Below are positions 8,624 to 17,963 of a stretch of 64,000 nucleotides of DNA, piece after piece. The notes under the pieces are model-generated. The model did not search any database and was not told where the DNA came from. It was given only the letters and a program-made list of their open reading frames with translations. The position numbers were made by a program, and so were the translations under genes. Within the stretch, counting starts at the first letter, position 1. Each line of letters opens with the position of its first letter. The DNA comes from Candidatus Zixiibacteriota bacterium (GTDB lineage: Bacteria > RBG-13-66-14 > B26-G2 > WVWN01), in assembly GCA_050117845.1 (NCBI GenBank), contig JASFLY010000013.1, positions 6,829-70,828 of the forward strand. Reading direction: 5' to 3'.

Positions 8624-9760
8624 ATGAAATTGTACCTCGCCGCCGGGGAGGAGTCGGGAGACCTGCACGGGAGCTACCTCGCGCGGGCGCTCAAGGCGGT
8701 TTCGCCGGACGCAGCGCTGGCGGGGATGGCGGGCCCGCGGATGAGGGAGGCCGGCGTCGAGGCGCTGGTGCGGAGCGAAAGCCACGGCCTGGTCGGCCTG
8801 GTGGAACTCTTCGGCCGACTGGGGCAACTGAGCGGCGACCTTGGCACCCTCGGCCGGGCGATGGCCGAGGACGGCGACGCCCTGGTGGCCATCGACTACG
8901 GCGGCTTCAACGCCCGCGTGGTCGCCCGGGCGAAACGGGCCGGCCTGAAGACGTTCTACTATATACCGCCCAAGCTGTGGGCGTGGGGTAAGCACCGGGG
9001 GAAAGGGCTCGCCCGCGACCTCGACCTCGTACTGGCGGTGTTCCCGTTCGAGGTCGACTTCTGGCGGCGCATCGGCGCGGAGGTCGTTTTCGTCGGCCAT
9101 CCGCTCATGGATATCACCCGGCCTTCCGGCCGGGATTTGCGGTCGGCCTGGGGCATGGGCCCCGGCGAGAAACTCCTCCTCGTATTGCCGGGGAGCCGCC
9201 GGCAGGAGATAGCGAAGCTCTGGCCCCCGATGGCGGAGGCGTTGAAACTCGTCCTCGCGGGCCGCGACGACGTCCGGGTCGTGGTGGCCCCGGCGCCCTC
9301 GCTCGGGCCGGGGATACTGGAGGAGTTCGCCCCTCTCCCCGACGGCGTGACGGCGACGACGGAGCCGGCGGTGGACGTCATGGCCGCGGCGGACGCGGCG
9401 ATTACGGCGTCCGGGACGGCGACGCTCGAACTCGCGATAATGGGCGTACCCGCCGTTATCGTGTATAAGGTTAACCGTATAACCTGGGAAGTCGGGCGGC
9501 GGCTCGTGTACGTGGACCATTTGGGTTTGCCCAACATCATCGCGGGCCGGGAGGTCGTCCCTGAGTTATTGCAGGATGACGCCCGGCCGGACGCCATCGC
9601 CCGGGAGGCGACGCGGGCGTTGGACGACGAGGCGTTCCGCCGCCGCGTCAGCGAAGATTACGCCGAAATCAGGGAATCACTCCGGCCGCCGGCGGCCGCG
9701 GACAACGCCGCCGGGGCCCCGGGATACGCGGCCCGGTTAATCGTCGAGGCCCTCGCTTAA
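8624..9760 (+). CDS. lpxB: Lipid-A-disaccharide synthase
   Basis: MKLYLAAGEESGDLHGSYLARALK... and the GT19 fold signature. Lies within the lipid A cluster. Confidence 0.85.
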   Translation: MKLYLAAGEESGDLHGSYLARALKAVSPDAALAGMAGPRMREAGVEALVRSESHGLVGLVELFGRLGQLSGDLGTLGRAMAEDGDALVAIDYGGFNARVVARAKRAGLKTFYYIPPKLWAWGKHRGKGLARDLDLVLAVFPFEVDFWRRIGAEVVFVGHPLMDITRPSGRDLRSAWGMGPGEKLLLVLPGSRRQEIAKLWPPMAEALKLVLAGRDDVRVVVAPAPSLGPGILEEFAPLPDGVTATTEPAVDVMAAADAAITASGTATLELAIMGVPAVIVYKVNRITWEVGRRLVYVDHLGLPNIIAGREVVPELLQDDARPDAIAREATRALDDEAFRRRVSEDYAEIRESLRPPAAADNAAGAPGYAARLIVEALA

Positions 9761-11566
9761 ATGAACGAAGCTCAAACGGTAGAAGGTCCGCCGAACGTGG
9801 CGCGCCGGCTCTTTGCATCCGCGGCGCGCTACTGGCATTTCCTGCTGGTCGGCATGGTCGCCTCGGCGGTGGCGTCCGGCCTCGAGGCCTCGTTGCCGGT
9901 CATCATAGGCCAGGTCATCGACGTCCTCGCCGGCAAGAAGGACCAGCTTATCTTCAACCTCCTGCTCATGGGCTTCGACCGGCCTCGCCTCACGGTCGTC
10001 AACTTCCTCCCCATGTGGGTGCTGGCGGTCATACTTATCTCCGGCGCCGCCATCTTCCTCCGTTCCTACATGATATCGTACGCCGGCCAGCGGGTCGTCT
10101 TCAACATCCGCGAGAAGATTTTCAACCACCTCGTTATGTTGCCGCTGCGCTATTACGACGAACGGCGCTCGGGCGACGTCGTTTCCCGCGTGACCAACGA
10201 CGTCAACGTTCTGCAGGACACCGCGAACGCGCTCAAGGATATTACGTCGGCGCTCACGACGCTAGTTATCGTCCTCACCGTAATGTTTTTCCGGTCGTGG
10301 AAGCTGACTTTGATGGTGCTTATCACGTTCCCGGCGTTGGGGGTCATAATCAACTATCTGTCGGGGAAGAGCCGCAAGGCCGGCAAGCGCTTCCAGGCCG
10401 AGATAGGCTCGCTCACGGCGCTGCTGTCCGAAACGCTCCAGAATATAAAACTTATAAAATCCTTCCGGCGCGAGGACTTCGAGAAGAAGCGGTTCCTGGC
10501 GCGCAACTGGGAAACCTTCAAGGCGTGGATGTACGGCGTCAAGGTCGAATCCATCCTGCGGCCGTTGATGGAGGTCGTGAGCGGCCTCGGCATCGCCGGC
10601 TTCTTCTGGGTGGGCTGCCACCTCGTCCTCCACGGGAAGATGACGACGGGGACGCTCCTCGGCTTCACCGGCCTGGTGGTCATACTGTACCAGCCGGTCA
10701 AGGTGCTGGGCCGCGTCACGGCGCTTATCCAGCGGGCCATCGCCGCCGCCGGCCGCGTCTACGAGGTCGAGGACGAACCGGAGGAGCGGCGGTTGTGGCG
10801 CACCGGCGACCTGACCAAACGCATCGCCGGGGCCGTGCACTTCGACGGCGTGTCCTTCGCGTACGACGAGAAGAACTACATCCTCCGCGACGTCTCGCTC
10901 GACGTGAAGGAGAGCGAGGTTATAGCCATCGTGGGTCCCTCGGGCGCCGGGAAGACGACGCTCGTGAGTCTTATACCGCGCTTCTACGACATTACGTCCG
11001 GCACTTTGACCATCGACGGCGACAACATCCGCGACTACGACCTCGACGCCCTGCGCGACCAGATAAGCCTGGTGCCGCAGGAATCCATCCTCTTCGCCGA
11101 TACCGTATTCAATAATATTCGCTACGGCCGGCTCGACGCGACGCCGGACGAGGTGCGCGAGGCCGCCCGGGCCGCGAACGCCGACGACTTCATCGAGAAG
11201 TTCCCGAACGGCTACGAATCCTATATCGGCGAACGGGGCGTCCAGATCTCCGGCGGCCAGCGGCAGCGGCTCGCCATCGCCCGGGCCCTCCTCAAGGACC
11301 CGCGCATCCTCATCCTCGACGAGGCCACGTCGCACCTCGACTCCGAGTCCGAGGCCCTGATCCGGGAGGCGCTCGAGCGCGTCATGGTGGGGCGGACGAC
11401 CTTCATCGTCGCGCACCGCCTCTCCACGGTCCGACGGGCCGACCGCATCGTCGTCCTCGACGGCGGCCGCATCGCCGAGGTCGGCCATCATCACGAACTG
11501 GTACGGAGCGACGGCGTTTACGCCCGGCTCCTTCACGCGCAACTGGCGAGCGACCGCGAGGAATAA
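9761..11566 (+). CDS. msbA: Lipid A export ABC transporter permease/ATPase (MsbA-like)
   Basis: Six-TM N-terminal domain followed by Walker A GPSGAGKTT, signature LSGGQRQR and Walker B ILILDEATS. Located between lpxB and waaA. Confidence 0.8.
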   Translation: MNEAQTVEGPPNVARRLFASAARYWHFLLVGMVASAVASGLEASLPVIIGQVIDVLAGKKDQLIFNLLLMGFDRPRLTVVNFLPMWVLAVILISGAAIFLRSYMISYAGQRVVFNIREKIFNHLVMLPLRYYDERRSGDVVSRVTNDVNVLQDTANALKDITSALTTLVIVLTVMFFRSWKLTLMVLITFPALGVIINYLSGKSRKAGKRFQAEIGSLTALLSETLQNIKLIKSFRREDFEKKRFLARNWETFKAWMYGVKVESILRPLMEVVSGLGIAGFFWVGCHLVLHGKMTTGTLLGFTGLVVILYQPVKVLGRVTALIQRAIAAAGRVYEVEDEPEERRLWRTGDLTKRIAGAVHFDGVSFAYDEKNYILRDVSLDVKESEVIAIVGPSGAGKTTLVSLIPRFYDITSGTLTIDGDNIRDYDLDALRDQISLVPQESILFADTVFNNIRYGRLDATPDEVREAARAANADDFIEKFPNGYESYIGERGVQISGGQRQRLAIARALLKDPRILILDEATSHLDSESEALIREALERVMVGRTTFIVAHRLSTVRRADRIVVLDGGRIAEVGHHHELVRSDGVYARLLHAQLASDREE

Positions 11567-12892
11567 GTGGGCGGGAGCAACGGTTCCGATGCCGAATCGA
11601 AGGCGAAGGCGCGCTACGGCGGCCGCTTCTGGCTCGCGCTGGGCCTTTACAATATCCTACTCCATACGTTGTTCGCTTTGTTCTGGCTGCCGGCCTTGTT
11701 CCTCCGGGAGTTTCGGGGCCGCTTCATAAAACGCCTGGGCCTGCGCCTGCCGCGCATGAAGAAGTCGATATGGCTCCACGCGCCGTCGGTGGGGGAAGCG
11801 CTCGCCATCCGGGCCTTCGTGGAGGAGCTGCGCCGCCTCTTTCCCGGCCGCGAAATCGTCCTGACGACCTTCACGTCCGGCGGCCGCCAGGTGGCCAAGC
11901 GCGTCGCCGCCGACCATCACCTGGCTCTGCCGTACGACCTCTACCCGAGCGTGGCGCTGACGCTCCGCGCGTACGACCCGGCGCTGGTCCTGTTGGTGGA
12001 GGGGGACTACTGGCCCAACCTCCTTTACGCGTTGGAGCGGCGGGGCGTTCCGGTGGGCGTCGTCAACGGCCGCTTCACCGCCCGGAGCCAGAAGGGATAC
12101 CGGCGGATGGGCTGGCTCTTCGAGCCGCTGTTCCGCCGCTTCGCGTTCGTTTGCTCCGCGGAAGAGGAGTACGTGCCGCGCTACCGGGCGATGGGCGTCG
12201 AGGCCGACGACGTTTCGGTGACCGGCAATCTCAAATACGATAACTACGACACCACGACGTCGGACGAGGCGCTGGGCCTGGTCTCGGCGGCCCTGGGGAG
12301 GCCGGAGCCGGGGGACGTCCTCGTCGCCGCGAGTACGCACGCCGGCGAGGAAGAGATAGTAGCCGACGCGTATATGGCGCTTCGGGAAGCTAACCCCCGG
12401 TTAAAATTCTTCGTCGCGCCGCGCTATCCGGAGCGGGCGGCCGAGGTCGAAACGCTCCTGACGCGGCGGGGCCTGCGGGCCGTTCGGCGGAGCGAGTTGC
12501 CGGCGGGCGGGGGGGCCGTGGACGCGGTGGTGCTCGATACTCTGGGCGAGCTGGGCGGCCTTTACCCCGTGGGCGCCGTCGCCGTCATCGGCGGGTCCTT
12601 CGTGCCGCGGGGCGGCCAGAACATGGTGGAGGCCGCGTACCACGGCTGCATCACGCTGTGGGGGCCCCACGTCGAGAACTTCCCGGTGGAGACCGGACGG
12701 CTGGCCGGCCGGGGCGGCATCCGCGTGGAGGACGGGGCCGGCCTACTGGAGGCGTTGCGGGAAATCTACGCCAACGAAGAGGTGCGTAACGTGCTGGGCG
12801 AGGAGGCCGCGATGGTGGCGCGGGAGATGATGGGGGCGTCGAAGCGGACGGCCGCCGTGGTCCGGCGGGTTTACGAAAGGACGGTGCGCTGA
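11567..12892 (+). CDS. waaA: 3-deoxy-D-manno-octulosonic acid transferase (KdtA/WaaA)
   Basis: WLHAPSVGEALAIRAFVEEL... is the N-terminal Kdo-transferase signature. GTG start. Its stop overlaps the lpxK start (TGATGG). Confidence 0.8.
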   Translation: MGGSNGSDAESKAKARYGGRFWLALGLYNILLHTLFALFWLPALFLREFRGRFIKRLGLRLPRMKKSIWLHAPSVGEALAIRAFVEELRRLFPGREIVLTTFTSGGRQVAKRVAADHHLALPYDLYPSVALTLRAYDPALVLLVEGDYWPNLLYALERRGVPVGVVNGRFTARSQKGYRRMGWLFEPLFRRFAFVCSAEEEYVPRYRAMGVEADDVSVTGNLKYDNYDTTTSDEALGLVSAALGRPEPGDVLVAASTHAGEEEIVADAYMALREANPRLKFFVAPRYPERAAEVETLLTRRGLRAVRRSELPAGGGAVDAVVLDTLGELGGLYPVGAVAVIGGSFVPRGGQNMVEAAYHGCITLWGPHVENFPVETGRLAGRGGIRVEDGAGLLEALREIYANEEVRNVLGEEAAMVAREMMGASKRTAAVVRRVYERTVR

Positions 12893-14013
12893 TGGCGCGC
12901 GCCCCGGCGTTTTACCGCGCCCACCGGGCCATAGCCGGGAATTTCTTGTTGCGGCTATTGTTCATGCCGCTTTCCTGGGTGTGGCAGGGCGTCGGCGCTT
13001 TCAAGCGTTACCTCTACCGCAAACACGTCTTCGGAGCCGCCCGCCTCTCGCGGCCCGTCATCGGCGTGGGCAACCTGGCGATGGGCGGCGCCGGCAAGAC
13101 GCCCTTCGTAATATTCCTGGGGCAGTATCTTATTAATTACGGCGTCCACGTGGCCGTCGTCTCCCGAGGCTACGGCCGGGAAACGTCGGGCCGGGTGGTC
13201 GTGCGGCGGGCCGGGAACGTCTTGCAAATGGGGGAGAGCCGCGTCGGCGACGAGGCGCTGATGACGGCCCGGGCCCTCCCGCAGGCCACGGTGATAGTGG
13301 ACGAGGACCGGGCGGCCGCGGCCGAGGACGCCGTCGACGAGATGGGCGCCCAGATAATCCTCCTCGACGACGCCTTCCAGCATCTAAAAATCAAGAAGGA
13401 CTTGAACGTCCTTCTGGTGGACGCCCGCCGGCCCCCGGGGCCGGTCTTCCCGGCGGGGTACTACCGCGAGGGGCTGGCCGCCACGCGGGACGCGGACCTC
13501 GTCGTCTTCACCAAGTGCCGGGAGGGCGACCACCGCGAACGGTGGCGTCGGGCCCTGCGGCACGCCGGCTCCCGGGCGCCGCACGTCGAGGTCCAGTTCT
13601 CGCCGGCCTACCTCCGGCCGTTGAACAAGGACGAGCGGATGGCCCTGGCGAACCTGGAGGGGGCCAAGGTCCTCGCGTTCGGCGGCATCGCCGACTTCGA
13701 CCACTTCGCCGAGGACCTGGCGGAATCGGGCGCGGTCGTGGCGCGGCGCCGTCCCTTCCCGGACCACCACCGCTTCACGCACGGCGAACTCGCGGACGCG
13801 GAGGGCACGGCGCTCGTGGCCGGCTGCGACTTCCTGGTGACGACCGCCAAGGACGAGGCCCGGCTGGAGGGGTGGCGGCCTTCCGTCCTGACCTACGTGC
13901 TCGAGCAATCGGTCGAGATAATTTCCGGCTTCGACGTCCTCAACGATTTCCTGGACCGGATAATCTCGTCGGTACAGCTCAGGGGGAACGCGGGTGGCGA
14001 CGAGCAAGAATAA
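12892..14013 (+). CDS. lpxK: Tetraacyldisaccharide 4'-kinase
   Basis: P-loop GNLAMGGAGKTPFVIFL in an N-terminal membrane-anchored LpxK context. Confidence 0.8.
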   Translation: MARAPAFYRAHRAIAGNFLLRLLFMPLSWVWQGVGAFKRYLYRKHVFGAARLSRPVIGVGNLAMGGAGKTPFVIFLGQYLINYGVHVAVVSRGYGRETSGRVVVRRAGNVLQMGESRVGDEALMTARALPQATVIVDEDRAAAAEDAVDEMGAQIILLDDAFQHLKIKKDLNVLLVDARRPPGPVFPAGYYREGLAATRDADLVVFTKCREGDHRERWRRALRHAGSRAPHVEVQFSPAYLRPLNKDERMALANLEGAKVLAFGGIADFDHFAEDLAESGAVVARRRPFPDHHRFTHGELADAEGTALVAGCDFLVTTAKDEARLEGWRPSVLTYVLEQSVEIISGFDVLNDFLDRIISSVQLRGNAGGDEQE

Positions 14014-14941
14014 ACGGATAAAGCACCTAATCGAGTTCGCGTTCGTGTGGTCCGCGTTCGCCTGGGCCAACGTCCTGCCCGCGTCGTGGGCGGTGGCGAT
14101 CGGCGGCGCGCTGGGCCGCATCGCGTACGCGGCCTGGGGGCGGCGCCGCCGCATAGCGCAGGCCAACCTGCGATTCTGCTTCCCGGACGCCGGCGACGAT
14201 TGGATCGACGACGTGGCCCGCAAGTCCTTCGCCAACTTCGGCCGGGCCATGATCGACTACATGCGCCTGCCGCGGCTGAACGCCCGGAACGTCGAGAAGT
14301 ACCACAAGCTCGTCAACGCCGCGTCCTTCGACGAAGCGCTGGCCCGGGGTAAGGGGGCGATCCTCTTCACCGGCCATTTCGGCTCCTGGGAGCAGACGGG
14401 CGCCGCGGTGTGCCTGCGAGGTTATTCCATAAGCTTCCTCGTCGGCGAACAGCACAACAAGTACGTGGATAATTTAATGAACAAACTGCGGGCCGACGCC
14501 GGCATCGGCATCATCCACATGGGGGCGGCGGCGAAGGGCGTATTCCGCGCCCTGCGCGGGAACGGCATGGTGGCGCTCCTCTCCGACCAGGACGCCGGGG
14601 CGGAGGGGGCCGAGGTTACGTTCTTCGGCCGTCGCGCGTCGACGCCCAAGGGGCCGGCGGCCTTCGTGGCCAAGACCGGCGCCGCCATTTGCGCCGGCTT
14701 CACCATTCGCGACTCCAACTCCCACAACACGCTTATAATGGAGGACGCGGTCGTCCCCGAAATCACGGGGGACCTCGAGGCCGACATAGCGGCGCTCACG
14801 CAGGCCTATACCGACGTCCTCGAGAAATACTGCCGCGAGTACCCGGACCATTACTACTGGATGCACCGCCGCTTCAAGTCGACCCACCCCGAGATATACG
14901 AGGACCCGTCGCCGCACGCCCGGGGGAGCGGGGCCGGGTAA
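13994..14941 (+). CDS. lpxL: Lipid A biosynthesis lauroyl/myristoyl acyltransferase (LpxL/HtrB family)
   Basis: LPLAT-superfamily motifs (FTGHFGSWE) and an N-terminal TM segment. GTG start overlapping lpxK by 20 nt. Confidence 0.7.
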   Translation: MATSKNKRIKHLIEFAFVWSAFAWANVLPASWAVAIGGALGRIAYAAWGRRRRIAQANLRFCFPDAGDDWIDDVARKSFANFGRAMIDYMRLPRLNARNVEKYHKLVNAASFDEALARGKGAILFTGHFGSWEQTGAAVCLRGYSISFLVGEQHNKYVDNLMNKLRADAGIGIIHMGAAAKGVFRALRGNGMVALLSDQDAGAEGAEVTFFGRRASTPKGPAAFVAKTGAAICAGFTIRDSNSHNTLIMEDAVVPEITGDLEADIAALTQAYTDVLEKYCREYPDHYYWMHRRFKSTHPEIYEDPSPHARGSGAG

Positions 14942-15022
14942 GTCTTGCAATTATCGGCATAATCTTTTATACTCTATTTATAAAAAGGTATCAGGCTGGT
15001 AACGCACATAGAGGAGAAGGCG

Positions 15023-15619
15023 ATGAGGAAATACCTGACGATTCTTATGTTGGTCGCGGCGGTGGCCATGCTGTGCGTTTCGTGCGGCGGTAAAAAGAAG
15101 GTCGTCACCGGGACGCAATACAAGTGCAAGGAGTGCGGTAAGGTCTACCGCGACGACACGCGGGAGATTGAAGTCGACCGCGGCATGGCCGAGGAACTCG
15201 GCATCGAGGTCGTCGAGGGGTATTGCCCCAAATGCGGCGACGAGTTGATGACCATCGAGCAGACGCAGAACCGGAAATGCCCGGTGTGCGGGAAGGACCA
15301 CGGGCCGGTTACGAAGAAAGTAACCATCGAGCGCAAGCTGGCCGATACCGTACCGACCGAAACGGAAGTCCCGTACCCCTGCTCGACCGGGAAATGCGCC
15401 AAGGTGGGCCGGCTCCACGAGAAGTACAACTGGGACTGGGCGGCCTGCGTCGCCGTGGCCGATCAGGCCATAGATATCGGCTATAATAAGGATATGGTTC
15501 GGGAAGCGTGGGGCCCGCCGACGCGAACCGAGAAGGTCGGCAACGCCGAACGGTGGTACTACGAGGCGGGTTACGTTACCATCGGCGCTTCGGGCAAGGT
15601 CGTCGAGATCAAGCAGTAG
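15023..15619 (+). CDS. Hypothetical secreted/lipoprotein with four CxxC pairs (zinc-ribbon-like)
   Basis: Signal peptide MRKYLTILMLVAAVAMLCVSCGG, followed by CKECGK, CPKCGD and CPVCGK motifs. Confidence 0.5.
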   Translation: MRKYLTILMLVAAVAMLCVSCGGKKKVVTGTQYKCKECGKVYRDDTREIEVDRGMAEELGIEVVEGYCPKCGDELMTIEQTQNRKCPVCGKDHGPVTKKVTIERKLADTVPTETEVPYPCSTGKCAKVGRLHEKYNWDWAACVAVADQAIDIGYNKDMVREAWGPPTRTEKVGNAERWYYEAGYVTIGASGKVVEIKQ

Positions 15620-15644
15620 GCGGCCCGCTCCCGCGTTGACCCAA

Positions 15645-15675
15645 TAAAAATAACCCTCCCTTATGGGAGGGTTTT

Positions 15676-15676
<1 letters not shown>
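15645..15676. terminator. Bidirectional rho-independent terminator (A-tract, CCCTCCC-TTAT-GGGAGGG, T-tract)
   Basis: A 7-bp stem flanked by AAAAATAA on one side and TTTTT on the other. It serves both the plus-strand gene and the minus-strand tRNA. Confidence 0.7.
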
Positions 15677-15750
<74 letters not shown>

Positions 15751-15837
15751 GAACGGGTGCGGACTATAACATAAAACGGGGCCGGAGTAAACCACCTTCG
15801 TTTGGGGAATCCGTTCGCACCGGGCCGGAGCCGCGCA

Positions 15838-15866
15838 TTGACTTCGCGGCTCCGGGGGCGTATAAT
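15838..15866 (+). promoter_or_regulatory. Sigma70 consensus promoter TTGACT-17-TATAAT
   Basis: Perfect -10 hexamer with a 17-nt spacer. The -10 lies only 8 nt from the ATG at 15874, which implies a leaderless or near-leaderless mRNA. Confidence 0.5.
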
Positions 15867-15873
15867 GGGGAAA

Positions 15874-16878
15874 ATGAAGGAACGCTTTTTAATACTCTTT
15901 TTGGCGGCCTCGACGGCCGTCGGGGGCGCTTTCGCGCAGGCCGAGCCCGAGAAGTATTCCAGCAAGGAATACGGCATATATTTCGACGTTCCGGCCGGGT
16001 GGACGTTGGACAAGAAGGCCGAAGGCTCCCTCTTCGCCCTGCGCGATTCCCTGGGCCTGATTGAGATTAAAGTGACCGCGCGTATCATCGCCAACAAGAA
16101 GGATATCCGGGAGTTCGCCAAGGGCCACGAGGCGGGACGGGGCCTGTCCGGCAAGGGCGCCGTTCTCGCGGATATGGTGAAGAACGAGACGTACGCCGAA
16201 GCGACGCGCGAGGCTTTAAAACCTTTCGTTTACGACGATATTGAGGCGACGGACAAGGCGCGGAAAAAACATGCCGAGAACGCCGCGAAGGCCGCCGCCG
16301 GGGAGGGGGGCGGCGAGGGCGGGGGGTCCATCCCGGACGAGGGCGATTTCCTGGCGACGAAGACGACCCGCCTGTACGAGGCCGAGGATCTGCCGACGAC
16401 TGAAATTATAGTCTACGTAATCGGCGGGGGAGTGGGGTATACGGTGTCCATAGGCGCCGGCCGCGACGACTTCTACGCGGTGCTCCCCATGGCCCGGGAC
16501 GCCGTCGCGGCCATGAAACTCGACCGGCTGTCGGGGGGGCGCTACGCCCTGCCGGACGGCAAGGCCATAGAGGCGGCCAAGAAGGGTATCATAATGGGGA
16601 AGGTCCTGCGGAACGGCCGGCCTGTTATCGGCGCCGCGGTCAACCTGTACGTCGACGCCGCGGCCTATAACGGCGGCGTCCCCTCCCATAGCTCCCGGTC
16701 GAACGGCTACGGCGAGTATACCTTCACCCAACTCAACGGCGGCCGCTACTACCTGCTCGAGGTTTACGGCGTGAGCGACGAGGGTATACGCGTCCGCTCC
16801 GTTCAGCCCATAAAGAATATCGACGTAACGGAGGGAAGGGTAAAGTTCGTTAACATCGAGGTAGCGGGCGCACAATAG
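15874..16878 (+). CDS. Hypothetical secreted protein with a C-terminal CarboxypepD_reg-like domain
   Basis: Signal peptide MKERFLILFLAASTAVGGAFA. The C-terminus (GKVLRNGRPVIGAAVNLYV...YTFTQLNGGRYYLLEV) has the beta-sandwich pattern. Start moved to ATG 15874. Confidence 0.55.
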   Translation: MKERFLILFLAASTAVGGAFAQAEPEKYSSKEYGIYFDVPAGWTLDKKAEGSLFALRDSLGLIEIKVTARIIANKKDIREFAKGHEAGRGLSGKGAVLADMVKNETYAEATREALKPFVYDDIEATDKARKKHAENAAKAAAGEGGGEGGGSIPDEGDFLATKTTRLYEAEDLPTTEIIVYVIGGGVGYTVSIGAGRDDFYAVLPMARDAVAAMKLDRLSGGRYALPDGKAIEAAKKGIIMGKVLRNGRPVIGAAVNLYVDAAAYNGGVPSHSSRSNGYGEYTFTQLNGGRYYLLEVYGVSDEGIRVRSVQPIKNIDVTEGRVKFVNIEVAGAQ

Positions 16879-16893
16879 AAAACTACGGTTCGG

Positions 16894-16969
16894 ATTAAAA
16901 CCCGTGGGCCGGCCGCGTGTCAAATTACTGGACGAGAAATTTGACAGGGCCGGTTCTACGGGTTAAAAT
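16894..16969. promoter_or_regulatory. Nested inverted repeats: outer ~20-bp imperfect IR flanking a perfect 9-bp IR TGTCAAATT-N11-AATTTGACA
   Basis: Direct inspection of the 16880-17065 intergenic region upstream of the tonB-like gene. Confidence 0.3.
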
Positions 16970-17065
16970 TTATATGGAGAGGTTGATTTAGGCCGAAAAA
17001 ACGGGGGGTCGAACGGGGGGAAGAAGAAAACCGGCGAAACGCACTACGACGCAGGAGGTGATACC

Positions 17066-17788
17066 GTGGTTAAGAAAATCAAAACCGCGCAGCAGAAGCT
17101 GAAGGCAAGGATTTCCGGCAAGTTATTTAAGTATACCTTCATGTTCTCGGTAACTCTGCACCTCGGTATCTGGGGCCTCTTAGGTAACCCGTTCGGCGGC
17201 TCGGGAGGCCAGCTCGTTGCCCAGCAGTTCTTCAGACATTTCGATCCCATTATACCCGTCAATTACAACAGATTACCGGAACCGACTTCGATAACCAACC
17301 CGGTGCCGAAACACGGCCCCCCCGGCATCAAGGGCCATAGCGAGATGGGTGAGAACCCCATTCCCGTCCCCGATAACGAAACGGAAAATACCGGCTACAC
17401 GGACCGGGACCCCAGCAAGATCACGAAGGTCGGCCCCGGTACCAGCATCATCGTGAATCCGGAACCGGGCATCGACAAACCGACTTCGGCCTCGCCCAAC
17501 GTCATCGAGTTCGTGCCCACGTCCGAACCGCCGCGCATCCTCAAACAGGTCCGACCCGAGTATCCCGATATCGCGCGCTCTTCCGGCATCGAGGGTGACG
17601 TCGTCCTCATGGTCTACATCGACGAGAGCGGCAGGGTTCGCAACGCCGTCGTCCAGTCCTCGCCGGGTTTGCCGGCGCTGGATGAGGCCGCCATCAAGGC
17701 CGCTTACGGCTGCAAGTTCAAACCGGCCGAACAGCAGGGCGTTCCGGTCGGCGTGTGGTACAGCCTGGTCATGCAGTTCGAGCTTTAA
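17066..17788 (+). CDS. tonB: TonB-family energy transducer (N-terminal TM anchor, Pro-rich spacer, TonB_C domain)
   Basis: Anchor FKYTFMFSVTLHLGIWGLL, a Pro-rich middle region and a C-terminal PEYPDIARSSGIEGDVVLMVYIDESGRVRNAVVQSSPGLPALDEAAIKAAYGCKFKPAEQQGVPVGVW. Confidence 0.7.
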   Translation: MVKKIKTAQQKLKARISGKLFKYTFMFSVTLHLGIWGLLGNPFGGSGGQLVAQQFFRHFDPIIPVNYNRLPEPTSITNPVPKHGPPGIKGHSEMGENPIPVPDNETENTGYTDRDPSKITKVGPGTSIIVNPEPGIDKPTSASPNVIEFVPTSEPPRILKQVRPEYPDIARSSGIEGDVVLMVYIDESGRVRNAVVQSSPGLPALDEAAIKAAYGCKFKPAEQQGVPVGVWYSLVMQFEL

Positions 17789-17807
17789 GTCCCTCGTACT
17801 AATCCGA

Positions 17808-17833
17808 GGCCGGGGTTCATCCCCGGCCTTTTT
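17808..17833 (+). terminator. Rho-independent terminator (GGCCGGGG-TTCAT-CCCCGGCC + TTTTT)
   Basis: An 8-bp GC stem plus a T-tract directly after the tonB-like gene. Confidence 0.65.
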
Positions 17834-17894
17834 CGTATGGATTAAACGGCGGCCGCGACCGCCGCGTCCAATATACGGGGCACGAGAAATTGAC

Positions 17895-17923
17895 TTGACA
17901 CCCCCGGCGGCATTAGTTAGAAT
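17895..17923 (+). promoter_or_regulatory. Sigma70-like promoter TTGACA-17-TAGAAT
   Basis: Consensus hexamers with a 17-nt spacer. An AGGAGG RBS lies before the GTG at 17964. Confidence 0.5.
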
Positions 17924-17963
17924 ATTTCTTGATATTATTGTCCCCGCAAGAGGAGGCACGAAC

